DNA of 64,000 bases from assembly GCA_964276515.1 (NCBI GenBank), contig OZ193909.1:17484001-17548000 (forward strand), given 5' to 3'. The stretch is from Gordius albopunctatus (lineage: Eukaryota). Position 1 is the stretch's first letter. Every line of letters starts with the position of its first letter. The notes beneath the pieces are model-generated. The model saw nothing but the letters and a program-made list of their open reading frames with translations. It ran no database searches and was not told where the DNA came from. The position numbers and the translations under genes were made by a program. Positions 20,261 through 33,935 of this stretch are shown here, in pieces.

Positions 20261-21735
20261 TTTAGAATTTATTAGCCTAAAAATGTTAAGGTTGTTGGAA
20301 TCAAACCCCAAATATTATCATTGTCTAACAAAATTTGCCTTTTATGTTTATCATCGAAACCTTCACTGATGGATGGCTATTTCTTAAACAATATATTTAT
20401 TTAAAGCCGTGCTTTCAAGCAAGCACCACCATTCTTTTCTTTTTGCAATTGCTAATAATTTTTATTTTGTTATGCCAAATATATTTTTTTTTATAAAGTT
20501 GGCTATGTAATGATCATTTTAAAGGTAGACTTTGAAAAACAAAGAACTAAACCGTAAAGATTATTAATTCTTAGTTTAATTTTTCCATCAACCTCTACCT
20601 TTTTTAAGGAAAAGGATTTTAAAGGTTAAATATGAAGCATGCATGAATAAGGCGTGCAAAACGTTTTGTAAAATTATCGTTTACTTTTAGTATATTAATT
20701 ATTTGTATTTTTAATTGCTATGTATAATTATGCTTTTCTCGAGTAGTATTAACACTTGCAATTTCTAAAAACAAGGATTCTAAAGTAAGTAAAAACGTTA
20801 AACGATTAGAAAAATTAAATAATTAAGTATATTATTTCTCAAATTTGGCTTGTATTACCATCTAGCTAAGATAGTTTTAAATAAATAATTAAAAATTAAA
20901 TTTATTTTCATTGGAATTTTTGCATAAATGGTCTTATATTTAATTTGTTGATTTTTATATAGAATTAAATCCAAAATTAAGGTAATTAATTATTATTTTC
21001 AGCGCAACATTACCAAGAGTTCTATTAATAAAATTGAGTTTTTCCATGGAATTTGAGGAAAAAATAAAAAAGTTTCGCTAATGGGGACCATTGCCTCGAT
21101 TGTGGAGAACGTCTTCATAACTCCATATAAAAGACTAATTGTCAACCAAAAGTATCTGAATCCGAAGCGCTTAGTGGAATAAAAATGTTTTCCTCTAAAT
21201 AATATCTAATTGATCAGCGTTGTAAATGATTACAACATCTAACTCATGAGCTAGCTACATGATAATAAATTGCGCGTATTTGCATTTTTTTAAGTACCCT
21301 AATGACGTAGGATATTAAATTGATGAAATTTGGATAAAATGTATCATAAAAGTTTAGTATAGTATACTCCTACTAATAAATCGTTGCTATTTTAAACTTT
21401 CAAGGTGAAAAGAGTTATGCTAAATGAAGTAAGAAAATTCAAAATTTTTAACAAGTTTAATTTCTTGTACACTTAAACAAATTTAAATTACAATGATCTG
21501 TTTTTTCCAAAACATGGAACTAACGAAAGTTAAACATTGTTAAATGTTCTAAATCATGTTAAAATCCATACACACAGGGAAGATAATAAGTTTATTTATA
21601 ATATACTGCTATATAATGTATGATATGTTATGTGTTATGAAGGAAATAGTTTATGAAAGGCTATAAATCAAAGAATTAAAGTGCACTTTAATTAAGGCGA
21701 CAAAATATAAATGGTGTCAAAATTTAAATATGTGG

Positions 21736-22383
21736 TCAATATCCACCCCATCTCCCACCCCAGCCGCCACCACCCCAAGAGCCACGCCCACCTCGTCCCA
21801 TACCGCCTCCGTACCATCCGTGGTCGCCTCCGTACCATCCGTGGTCGCCTCCGTACCCTCCGTAGTGACCATGATAATCGTCATTGTCATCGTTCATGTC
21901 GTCCATCATTTCATTGTCTTGATTATCGTCGTAGTTTCGTTTGGTGCGTCCACCATCTTGGGAATCATTTCCCGCTAATCCTACCGCCAGCTGATTTACT
22001 ACTAAGCAAACCTTTTATCCCCACCAAGGAAATTTAATTAAATCGAAATAATTTAATTTATTAATTGTGAAAATAAACATTAGTTACGACAACTTTTAAA
22101 ATGTTTGGGGCTATTTATGAACAATCACAAAAGCTCGCAACAACTTAAGTTAATTTCAAAATAACTGATATTTTGCTTAGTTAATGAGTCTAACAACTTT
22201 ATATTTGCTAGAAATACCTTTCAAAATTTGTGAATCTCGTTAAAATGAAAATTTTTTAATATAAGCAAACCGACTTAAGGTCCATAAATGTTACATCATA
22301 CATTTTATAAAGGACTGCAATGGTAGTATAAAGATAATAGAACTTACGACTGCTAATATGAGAAAGGTTGTAAAACTCTTCAT
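21736..22383 (-). CDS. Small secreted Gly/Tyr/Trp-rich prepropeptide (~103 aa; exons 22383-22348 and 22011-21736)
   Basis: MKSFTTFLILAV|VCLVNQLAVGLA signal-like start, GTAAGT donor, RTKR site, acidic block, GGDHGWY x2, ...GGWGGRWGGY*; AATAAA downstream. Confidence 0.75.
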
Positions 22384-22936
22384 GACGGTAATTCAAATTT
22401 TGAAAATAAGATTATGTTTAAACATCTAATTGTTAAAGCTTTTATAGTATGCTAACTAGACGTCCTTGAGACAAATAATCTATGCTTCAATAAATATTGA
22501 TGTCAAATTTAACAATATTCATTCAAGCATTTGAATTTAAGTTTTGGCATAACAACTTGATGGCAAACTTATAACAATTATGACAAAAATTTGATCAAGA
22601 AAAATATTAAATCAACTTGACATTATATAACCACATTTATGAGTTAAATCATGCGAAATTAATGTGTTTTTTAAGAAAAGGTCATTTTATCTCAAAGACA
22701 AATTAAAAGTGATCTTTATTGTACGTAGTTTTTATATTAAAAAACAGTTTACTCAAAATTCCAAATATTTCTTAAATTAGCAAGATATAGGGAGTCAAAT
22801 AATGTTTATACAATTATATAAACATACATCTTTGATTCTTTTTGACAAACATAAATTTTACATAAGCTATATTTCATCATAAATCTTAAATATAATATTA
22901 TAATGGTTAATTTGTATGAGATATAAATATAAAAAA

Positions 22937-24839
22937 TTATTTTTTCTTGAAAAAATCCGTCATTGAAGCTTGCTTTGTTGCTGGTTTGGAGCCATGCCCT
23001 TTTTTATTAGCAGGTATTGATTTCTGTTGTTCTTTTTTAACTTTCTCTTCTTTAATTAGTTTTTGAATCTTGGCCTTTATTGGTGATTTTGAATCTTTAG
23101 CAAACGTTTGAGGAGATTGAGTGTTGCTTTGGCTCGTTGATTCCCAAACTTTCTCAGTAACTAATTAAACACAAGCTAGTTAAGTTGAATTAAAATCATG
23201 TTCACATGTCAACAATTTTACACCATTCCTCATTATGTATTCTCTTTAAAAATTAATAAAAAATTTTAATTTTGTAAAAACTCCTAAAAAACTATAAAGT
23301 TTAGTGAAAATCAATTGTTATAATACCTTAAAAGCTTATTTAGTAAATATTCTACATAAAGTCTAAATCCAATTTTTTAACATTTTGAGAAATTTATTTT
23401 TAATCAGCAATAAAATTTGGTATTACAAGGAAAACAATAATTATTTACCATAAATAAAATGAAAAAAAAATTAGTTCAATACTTTTATCTAATAGATGAT
23501 GGGCACATGAGCCACCTCTTCCAGCCCCCCCTCTAAATCCAAAAGCTTTTTGAAATTTATTAAAATCATGGCTAAATTTTCAGAAAATTTCATTTTGCCT
23601 TTCCCTAAATCATTATTGCCCCCCTCTAATTCAGATGCTGGCTACGACCATGGATGGACATGAATAAATGTCATAAAATTTTAAACCTAGGAACCCTTCT
23701 TCATTGAGATATGTTTTATTAATTAATTTTCTATGATTAGGTGGCATGGGTTCTTCTTCATTATCAAGTGTACTATAGGCATCCCCTTTTCCATCATCAT
23801 CATCATTAGGTTTGTCATTTTGAATTTCTGTTTTGACATCTATGTTAAAGAAATTAGCATAAATTTTACAATTGTTTTACAAAATTTAAATTTACCTATA
23901 TCTGAGCTTTTGTGCTCTAATTTATCTAAACTAGTACCAGATAATTTAGCTTCCAACTTTATCTTAGAACCACCTTTTTTTCTCAGTGGAGAACTTATTG
24001 GACTACTATCTATTATAGGTTCTTTTGCATCAAGAGGCTTAATTGGTAATTTATCAGGTGACCTTTTTAATTGTGTGACTAAAAAAATTATTTATAATTC
24101 CATAAATAACTTACTAATATTTTGAGATTCTTTTTTAGGAAGAACTTCCATTTCATTTGTAGTATTTAAGCTTATATTTGAAACTGGTTTTATTGAAGGA
24201 TCTCTTATTAAATTAGATCTAAAATCAATTAATTGGGACAAATAATATTGGCATACTTAATATAAGTATCATCAATTAATTTTGATTGTTCATAATCAAC
24301 CAAGTAAATTAGGTTAAAATCCTATAAAATTGCATTTTAAATGATTATATTATCAATAAGGGGAATTAAGTCAAACGAGTACTTTAAGACTTAATTTCTA
24401 ATTGTATACTTTTATTTCTGAGTTTGATAAAGCATATATATTTTTTGATAGAACATTGTATTCTTTCTCAAAATCACCCAATTGAGAAGAGTTTAAAAGA
24501 TTTATAGAAAAATTCTATAAAATAGGTAAAATGTTTCAATTGACTACCTCAGGATTTTTTTTATTTGATGCATAGACACGATATGCTACATATATAGGCA
24601 TATTCTCAAATGCAGTTACTTCACAAAATTCCTTCAAGAATCTAAGCACTTAAAAGATTAAATTAAAAATTACTCATTTATTTGAAAATTATTGAGATGA
24701 TAATTCCTTTTAAGCCATTTAAAGGTGACCTACAAAAAAGCTAATTAAATGGAAAAGATTATTTAACTAGTTTTTGTTCCTCTTGTAATAAATTATAGAC
24801 TGTCTCACGAGTCAATTTATGAGATTTCTCGAGAATCAT
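22937..24839 (-). CDS. POLD3: DNA polymerase delta subunit 3 (p66/Cdc27), ~9 exons
   Basis: N-terminal EEQKLVTFKWL, KTYLNEEGFLVTEKVWES, C-terminal PIP box KQASMTDFF; all introns GT-AG and frame-consistent. Confidence 0.85.
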
Positions 24840-25435
24840 TTTAGCTTAAATTTAAATAGACAGCTGAGTCTATAGGTAACCTTAATGTTACAATGCAATC
24901 AACCACTTTATATTCAAATTCAAGCATAGACATAAGTCTATGTATTCAAATATCCAACATCTTTTATATTCGTCTGTTTAAGTATATTAGGACATGTATA
25001 ACATTGCCTTTTTTAAAAAAATATTAAAGGTTTATTACTACTATTGGTTGAGGACATACACTTGGTAATAGAGCACTAATTAAAATTTATTTCAATAAAA
25101 TTCGAGCCACTAGTGGACGTTATAAAGGATAGTTATAGACTAATAAAACCATAGACTTCCGAACAACTGATATTCTCAGCAAGCATAAAAAGCGCTATAT
25201 TGACGGAAATTGTAACCGAACAATACAACTCAACATAAGTTATATTAGAAATTAGTAAATAAATTGCAGGTTAATGATATAATTTAGAAGATAATAACAA
25301 CCCCTTTCAGGAGTGCCTGCAATTAAATTAAAAGAATACTCTAATTAGCGCCATCTATAGGCAATTTTAATTAGAGACTAATTTGAACTATGTATATCCC
25401 TATCTTTTTTAGTATGTGACTCGAAAATGATAACA

Positions 25436-25478
25436 GACATATAACGTTTTCGCTCTTATTAGAGCTCATCAGTATGCC
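25436..25478 (-). ncRNA. Minimal type I hammerhead ribozyme
   Basis: GGCAUA-CUGAUGA-GCUCU(AAUA)AGAGC-GAAA-ACG-UUA-UAUGUC: conserved core, stem II, palindromic AACGUU stem III, stem I GGCAUA/UAUGUC. Confidence 0.85.
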
Positions 25479-25641
25479 ATAGTTAATTCTCTAGTCACAC
25501 ACTAAGCGAGATAGGTATCAAAATAATTATTACTACCATAATTATGGGGGTTATTTCATAGCCAACAGAAGAATGAATTAAATCTAATTTGTGGATTATA
25601 TATACCTATCTCGCTTAGTGTGTGACTAGAGAATTAACTAT

Positions 25642-25684
25642 GGCATACTGATGAGCTCTAATAAGAGCGAAAAGGTTATATGTC
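25642..25684 (+). ncRNA. Minimal type I hammerhead ribozyme (stem III variant AAGGUU)
   Basis: GGCATA CTGATGA GCTCT AATA AGAGC GAAA AGG TTA TATGTC. Confidence 0.75.
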
Positions 25685-26118
25685 TGTTATAATTTTCGAG
25701 TCACATACTAAAAAAGATAGGATATACATAGTTCAAATTAGTCTCTAATTAAAATTGCCTATAGATGGCGCTAATTAGAGTATTCTTTTAATTTAATTGC
25801 GGGCACTCCTGAAAGGGGTTGTTACCAAATCCATTATTTTCCTAATTAACAAACCAATTTCCTTCTATAAATGCACATTATGTGGACGTCCATGATATTT
25901 TATCTTTTTTTGACAAACTCTTTTTCAAGAGGCAGTTAAAGGGAGTTGGCAATGAGATTTCACAATATCACTTTAGAATAACAAAACAAAATAATAAATT
26001 TATTTCGTAATTATAAATATAATAAAAACAATATGTTCATTTCTTGAAAAAATAAAATAAGGTTATAAAAAAAGTTGTCATAATCTTCATCTTTTTATAA
26101 AGTAGTTGTAATAATGCT

Positions 26119-29100
26119 TCACAATTTTTCGATAAGTATTGAGGAAGCTGCACCCCCTCCATTGCAAATGGCAGCAATTCCCTTTTGACCTTTTCGAAGA
26201 ACGTGTGCCAAATGGCCTGTAATTCGAGCTCCTGACATACTGTAAATAAAAAAACCTTTTAATAAGCATTATCTAATTAGTTATCATTTTTATATATTTG
26301 TACTACAAAAATTTAAAGTGTAACTTAGAATAAAATGATTATTTATTATGCCGTCTTGCCAAATAGATGGGTCAACAAATAATGTTCTTAAAAAATCGAC
26401 CGAAAAATTGTTGCGAATTCTGGTAGAGTTTTTTACGGTGAAGACAAATATATTTTTAGTTTTTCCCCTATACGTGAAGTTCTTGAAATGTTTGCTGTCA
26501 AAGTTGCTAAAAACAGCGTTTTGGTGTTTAGATAGGGAATTTTTTTTAATGAATTCCTCTAAATCAAATTTATTAAAGTGAAATTTTACAGATTAATTTG
26601 CAAGTTATTGACGTTTGTATAAAGCCAAAATCGCTGATTTTAGCAATTTTGACAGCAATTTCAAAAACTTGAGGTATAGGAAAAAAATTAAAAATATATT
26701 TGTGCTCACCGCGAAAAACTCTACCTCTGCAAACAGTTTGACGGTTAATTTTTCTTGTAGCAGCGTGTTAGTTAAATTGAATAAAGCATTTTTATAAGTA
26801 GGAAAGAATAAAATGAGGGCTTTATACAACTTTAAGCCCTTAAGAAATCTCTAAGATCTACAAAAGTTACAAATACTAGATTCTAAAGAAAAAACCGCAC
26901 ATTATTATAGGGTCATGATAATATCTAAAACCTTGAAGTTTGGTTTGTTCAATAAATAAAAAATACTTTTCAAATTTTAATGGTATTTATAACGGGAAAA
27001 ATAGCAAATAATCGCGAATCTATTTTATACAATAAATAAATCTTCTATTTCAACATGGATGATAATAAAAATGGTTTTATAAAATTACCCTATGGGGTGT
27101 CCCATACTAACAGCTCCTCCGTGAATATTCACTTTATCGACATCTAGCTTTAATTTTCGAATATTACCTAAAGCTACGACCGAAAAAGCTTCGTTAATCT
27201 CCCACAGGTCTATGTCACTTATTTTGAGATTGGCTAGAGAAAGGAGCTTAATAATTGCACAGAAAATGTTTACCATAAAAATATACGGCTAAATGAGATA
27301 TAGAATTTTTGGTATGATAGTTAAATTGTCCAAAATTAAAGTTTTTCATCAAAAAAAGATTGATGTAATATATAAAATGATAATCTTATAAAAAACTAAA
27401 AAATTTATCATGATTGTCAGCGCTGAGGCTAGCAAAATTTTGAGGGGGCTACGATAAAAAGCAATCAAAACTTTATATACTTCATTTAAAACTGCGAGGG
27501 GTTCAATTTCAACTAGCACCATTTAACTTTGTTATAAAATACGCGATTTACATTTCATAATTTAACAATTATTTGTCAAATAAACATATTAGTTGATGTA
27601 AAAAATTGACGAAAAATTTGCAATTTGTATGGTAAAGCAGCAAAAATAAAGTGACGCGTTTATTAAGCTGCAGCTTTGTTATTTGCATTCTTTGCTTCGC
27701 TTCAAAATGGCGCATAAAAACACACAAGCCAAAATCGTAGTATACACTATTATTTTTATCAAAAGTATTCAAATATAAATTAAACTCATATATTCCTGGT
27801 GCCCCCAATTCTCCTAATTTTCACTTTTTGAATACAATAACAAATGTGTAGAAAGAACCAGAAGGATTAGACGGTGTTACGCATCTAAACAAAATAAAAA
27901 CTGCATTATTTTAATCAGCCCCGTTAAAAAATAACATTAACTACTAACACATTAAACCTACCATAACAAATAGACCAAAGTTTTTTAGTCTAAGCTTCGG
28001 TCTATTTTTGAGAAGAAAAACAGAACAAAATATCGTTGGTTGGTTGATGTTTGGTCGATCAAGCAAAACCCAGCCGGTTTCACAAAACTACTTAATAAGA
28101 AAAGGCAAAGTGGCCCGGAAGTGGAAACGATGATTTTTGATTTTATATAGTCTTACCTTTGGAATAGCCACTGAAGGTGCGATGGTAAAATCAACGGGGT
28201 CCAGAGCGGCGTCCGCGAAAGCTATTACCCGGGCTAACGGTTTTAAATCAAATTTTTCGGCGGTTTGAGCATCCGTTATGAGTAGAGCTGCCGCCCCATC
28301 ATTGATTTTACTGGCGTTAGCTGCTGTTATAGTTCCTGCAAAATACTTTGTTATAAGCCGAGACTAAAACAGCTGACATGAGCGTAGCCAGGGGCAGTCT
28401 CTAAATCCAAAAATTTGTTGAAATTCATTAAAAGAATGGCCAAAATTTCGAAGATTTTTCAAATGCTGGCTACGCCCATATAAATATTAATATATCAAAA
28501 GTTATTGATTTAATTGAATAATTAAAAGTTAGGGCCCAATACGTAAAGATAATCCCTAAATGTTCTCATTCTTCTTTCCTCCACACGAGCACAGTGGAAA
28601 AACGGACTCAAAATGGTATGGCTGTCTAAGTTGCTTAATTAATTTTGATGCAAGAATTCGTTCACCTATCTATTGTATAATTAGTCCATGGTCATATGCC
28701 TCTGCGTAGTCAGGGGGAGGCAAGATTCATAATCAATAACTTATGATTTAAATTTCTTAGAACTATCATTTTGCTCTTGTCTAGGCAATATCCACCCACC
28801 ACCCACCCAACCTACGGCCACAATTCTACGCGTATTATGGTTAATAGATTACTGTAATTATTCTCTGATTCCATTATAGAAATTATAACGGCTAATTTAT
28901 TAAACTAATTATTTTACGGTTTAAATCCGATCGAAATTTATCTTGTGTTCGAGATCAATGCACATTTGCATTATAAAAAGTATTTATTAAGCGATTTACA
29001 AGACACACTTTTTTAAAGTAATCCCAATAAAAGTTTCTCGAAAAGGTTATTTTTTGGTTACATTAAGGATTAATAAGCTGTTGCACAAATATTGCTCCGA

Positions 29101-32100
29101 TACTATGCGAAACCTTCATCTACGAGATTAACGGTGCAAAAAATAGCTCAATAAGCATCGAGTAATCATTTGATTTTCAAATCTTAATAACTATTATTGA
29201 TTATTTGTAATAATCAATCTATATACAAAAATTAAGTACTCAAAAATCCAAATTGGGCCTTTCCTTTAAGACTGCATAATTAGAGAGAGGGGAAGAAGAC
29301 AACAATTTTAAGAACGTTTAAACCGACGAAACATGTTATAGCTACTCCGAAAAAAATCCTATTTTCGAAATTTATCCACTCCGATTCCTATTGTCAGTGC
29401 ACGTGGGACATAAAAGCATACAGCAGCTCTCAAGCCTCTGGTCTCTTTATGTTTAATCGACTAAAACCAAAGGTCATCCAAACAAAATCCAGCCCGATAT
29501 TATCATAAAATAATACCAAAAAATCGATTGAACAATTCCAAAGCCCACCTGATTTGTCGAAGGCGGGCGATAGCTTGGCAAATTTATTGGTGTCACCCTT
29601 TTTAGGTTCTTCATCTTCAGACATAACCAAGTCCGGGGCTCCCTTTTTCTGCTTGATCGATACTGGGGTAATCTCTTTGCTAAATATCCCATCCTAAAAT
29701 ATATTTTTATTTTTGTTGTTATAAAAAAGAGAATTTATATTTTTTGTAAATTATTATATTAAATTCTAATATTAAAAGCTGAAAGAGGGAACAATGGGTC
29801 AATTTAACTATTTAACCCTCAAATTTATATGAAATTAATTGAATCACAAATTGATCCGCCAAGAACTAAGGAACATGGCAAAATCATTCACAAATCTAAA
29901 AACTCCAATTTTTAGTATTTTCAAAATTTTAAATTACAAGCAAGATAGTCAAGATGGCAGTAGCCAGGATTAGAATTAGAATTTAGAAAATGTAATAGCA
30001 AAATGATAACTTTTTGAAATTGTAACGTTTATTTCAATGAACTTAGAAGATTTTTCTAATTTAAAGGAGCGGCTGCTCTTTCCTACGTGAACCTTGCTAA
30101 GCCCACGAAGATCATCAATTTCAAAAAGTAGTATAACTAAATTAATAAATTACAATATATCAGCAGAGAGGGCTGTATTTATTAAAAAATAGATTAAATT
30201 TAAAAAAAATTCATTTTTTCACATTTCATTTTTGAGAAATTAAAGTTTTTTGAATTTCAAAATGAGATTAGAATTTTTACTTTAAGGGCTTTCAGGCTGC
30301 GTTCATAACTCATAGCAGCGTATGCATCTTGATCGGCCCGTGTTATATTCATCAATTTGGCCAATTTTTCTCCGCAAACACCCTACAAATCAGTGTAAAT
30401 ATTCAAAATTAAAATACGTGCACAAAGAAAAAGTATCAAGCATACATAACAATATTTTATTAGATATTGCCTATGATTGTAAGAAGCGTTATGGTAACTA
30501 TTTTAAACGGTTATAATAGGGAATAAGAAATAAAATTATTTTTCAGATTTTTTTCTTTCAACCACATTCCCTCAATGAGGGTTTTAGATTTCAGACGTGA
30601 ATTGCATGACAAAAATTTAAGATCACGATCGCATAGAGCACGTTTCAAACTTTCAGCACACACGTTTTAAAAGCCCAAACAGCTAAATCATACCTATTTT
30701 AACTTATCATAAAAAAATAGTTTTTATAAACAAAAACTTCAAAAAATTTAAACCGTTTAAGGAATTTAGTTTTAAAAAATTTGATCATTTACCATATGTA
30801 TTTTGTCGTAGGCATCCGTTAAGCCATCCACAACGATGCCATCTTCAACTCTAAATCCTCCGTATGGCAAATCACTTCTAGCCACGTAAAAAGGAACGTG
30901 GGACATACTCTCCATACCACCAGCTATCACCATGCTCTAGCAATTATTATTGATTCATCAACATAAAAATATTAAAAATCTATAAATATAAAAATCAACG
31001 ATTTAAATAAGGTTAGGTCTCAAATAAAATTTTATAATTCAACAAAAGAGTTTTTATAACTATGCTTTTTAGCGAAATTTTGGCGGCCATCTTGAACTTA
31101 GCACTTTTAATGGGCATAGCCAGAGAATTTTGCATGCTAACGGAATTTATGGTTAAGATTTCAAAAAAATGAATTTGTCAATCTATAAATCATTATCCCA
31201 CAATTTGGCCCCTTAAAATTCAAATTCTAAGATGGCCAATAAGAAAAGTTAAAATTATCCTTGAAATTTATAAATAGTTTGAAATTAGACTTAAGTATAT
31301 TCAAACTTAAATTTTCAAATTTACATAGACACATGTTTATAGCCATGTTTTATTAGACAAAAATCGTAAAAGTCAAATTAAATTTGACACTTTGTAATTG
31401 ATAGTCAAATTAAATTAATTTATTTTTTTGCATAAAAACTATGAGGAGTAACTTTTTAGTAGGTAATGTATTGATAAAACAAATATATCTATTTTAATAT
31501 AAGGTAAAAATAAAGGAAGATTCATAACCAAATTTATAAACAAACATTTAAGAGTAATGCAAAAATATAAAATAGATAAAAATCAGATTTATGCATTCAA
31601 ATTTTAAACTAGCAGAAAAATTGAAGGTGATAATTGAATTACATGATGACCAGTCATGATACTTTGAGCTGCAAACATAATTGATTTCATTCCAGAAGCA
31701 CAAACTTTATTAATGGTTGTACAATCCACTGAGCTAGGTATTCCTGTATATAGATAACACTTGGTCATTAAGTTTAAGGAATAATAATTATTTTTCAAAA
31801 GTAAAACCAATATATTAGTTTTTTATACGCATAATTTAATAAATCTATGGCATTCTTTTCAGAGAATAATTTATTTCCATTTCATTAGGTATCAAAAAAC
31901 ATGCTATTGAACAATTTTTATAGTCCTCACAATTCATTTAACTCACTAATAATGTATATAAATAAAAAAAATAATAATAAATAAATAAATCATGAAGGAT
32001 ATTATTGTAATTTTTGCAAAATTAAGTTGAATAGAATGATCAAACAGAGATACTATTTTAGCCAATTAAAATAAATTTTAAAATTAAAGATATGGTGTTG

Positions 32101-32796
32101 TTAATTGAATATAGAATTTTTAATGGATATTTAAATTTGATTAAAGACACTAAGATTGTAAAAATTATATATAATATTTGGTTAAAACTTAAATAAAATA
32201 TATATAAACATTAACATATGTCTACAAATTATAAATATTAATTTTAAAAGTAGATTGGTTATAAAATACAGAGAAATAGATATATTATATTTGATTACTT
32301 TATTGTTTTTTATAGACTGTTTTTTTGTAAATGAAGATATTTTTAATTGGCAAAAATATATTCAACCTGCTCCAATTGATGCCTGTCTAGCTGGAGATTG
32401 ACCTAAACCTGCTTGACACACATTTCCCATTAAGACCTCATTGATTTCATTAGCATTTATTTCTAATCAACAAACTTTTATTTATAATTGTTTGTTATTA
32501 ATTATCAAAAAATAATTAGTAGTTTGAATTTTAACAATTCAATTAGTAATGTGCCAATATCATAAATTATTTATAAAATCTCTTCCTAATATTGAAGTGC
32601 TTTTCATACTATTTCTATTAAGAAGAGCTGCAATTGCCAAAGAGCCCAGTTTAGTTGCGGAAAAAGATCTTAGAGCCCCCCGAAATGAGCCTATTGGTGT
32701 TCTTAAAGCATCTATTATAAATACATCCTAAATAAATAAAGGCTTAGATCATTAGAGATTTACTTTTAATTTAGCTGCAGCTTTAACACCTGACAT
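26119..32796 (-). CDS. ACAT1: Acetyl-CoA acetyltransferase (T2/ACAT1-type thiolase), ~10 exons
   Basis: [60 protein letters not shown]; the 5' end is uncertain. Confidence 0.92.
26422..26725. repeat. Degenerate inverted repeat (MITE-like) in the last thiolase intron
   Basis: 26422-26524 approximates the reverse complement of 26624-26725. Confidence 0.65.
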
Positions 32797-32849
32797 CAGG
32801 TGTTGATTTTAAATATGTACGTATGTATGTATGTATTTTTTGCCCCGAA

Positions 32850-33478
32850 TAGTGTTGTTAAATTGCTAACTTTAGCAATGCTAACTATGTGCTATGCTCG
32901 AGCACAAACAGTAGCTGGGTAATATGCTAGTTTAGCACAAAGAGTGCTAACTGTTCGGTGCAATAGTTTTAACAGTAGCACGTAAAAATGCTCGAGAGGT
33001 TAGTCGAAGCAGCCAAATCTGTTAAAAAATTTAGCAGGAGCTCGAGCAGGTAGTAGATTGAATTGCTTTTGTCAAACTTTTTTAGTTACTTACAATAATA
33101 TTTGCTCATATTATATATCATAAATAAATTAAGAACTTTGCCCCCCCCCCATCTCCCCTCTGGTGAGAAAGAGGATAAAAAATGGAGGGGGGATAAGTTC
33201 TTAATTTATTTATGATATATAATATGAGCAAATATTGTAAGTTATTAAATTTTGACAAATAGCAATTCAATCTACTATCTGCTCGAATTTACTGCTCGAG
33301 CTCCTGCTAAATGTTTTAACAGATTTGGCTGCTTCGACTAACCTCTCGAGCATTTTTACGTGCTACTGTTAAAACTATTTCACCGAACAGTTAGCACTCT
33401 TTGTGCTAAACTAGCATATTACCCAGCTACTGTTCGTGCTCACGTTTTTAGTTGAAGCTGCTTAGCAATTTAACAACT
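32850..33478. mobile_element. Fold-back MITE (nearly whole-length palindrome); fragment also at ~62505-62650
   Basis: GTTGTTAAATTGCTAA / TTAGCAATTTAACAAC ends; internal arms ~32895-33135 and ~33197-33440. Confidence 0.85.
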
Positions 33479-33479
33479 A

Positions 33480-33935
33480 TAGCCCCAAAGACGCCCAAGA
33501 GCTTAGTAAGTGCAATCTAAGGTTGAGCCTCTTCTCACGCCAAATGGCGCATAAGACCACGATCGAGGTCGCACAGATGTTAAAAAGAAGAGAAGTACAC
33601 ATCGCCTGCCTACAAGAGACGAGGTGGAACGGAACGAAAGCTCGGGAATTAGGAGAAGGATACAAGCTTTTCTACAGTGGGTCACCAAATCGTAGAAACG
33701 GGGTCGGTATCGTTCTAAGCGAATCGTTCAAGGACAAGGGGGTGGAAGTAAAGCGTTGTTCCGACAGGCTAATTTGGGTGAATATTGCAGATCAAGGGGG
33801 CCTCCTAACCGTTATGTGCGTGTATAACCCCTAAATTGGATATCTGGAATCAGAGAAAGACATATTCTTTGTTTCATTGGAAAAGGAAATACAAGGAATA
33901 GGACAGGAAGAAAGGCTAATTATTGGGGCAGGTGA
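33480..33935 (+). mobile_element. RTE LINE AP-endonuclease fragment
   Basis: IACLQETRW, GYKLFYSG, RNGVGIVL, LIIGAGD. Confidence 0.85.

Larger units (their letters stand above)
25295..25824. repeat. Long palindrome (~224-bp arms, 83-bp spacer); possible Penelope-like pLTR pair or retrozyme remnant
   Basis: 25295-25518 is a near-perfect reverse complement of 25602-25824; each arm holds a hammerhead motif. Confidence 0.85.

Noticed and set aside
21711..22037. Plus-strand His/Arg-rich and Thr/Val-rich ORFs
   Set aside because: They are antisense shadows of the minus-strand Gly-rich gene, which has the signal exon, donor and poly(A) signal
23733..24125. 130-aa hydrophobic plus-strand ORF
   Set aside because: Antisense to POLD3 exons
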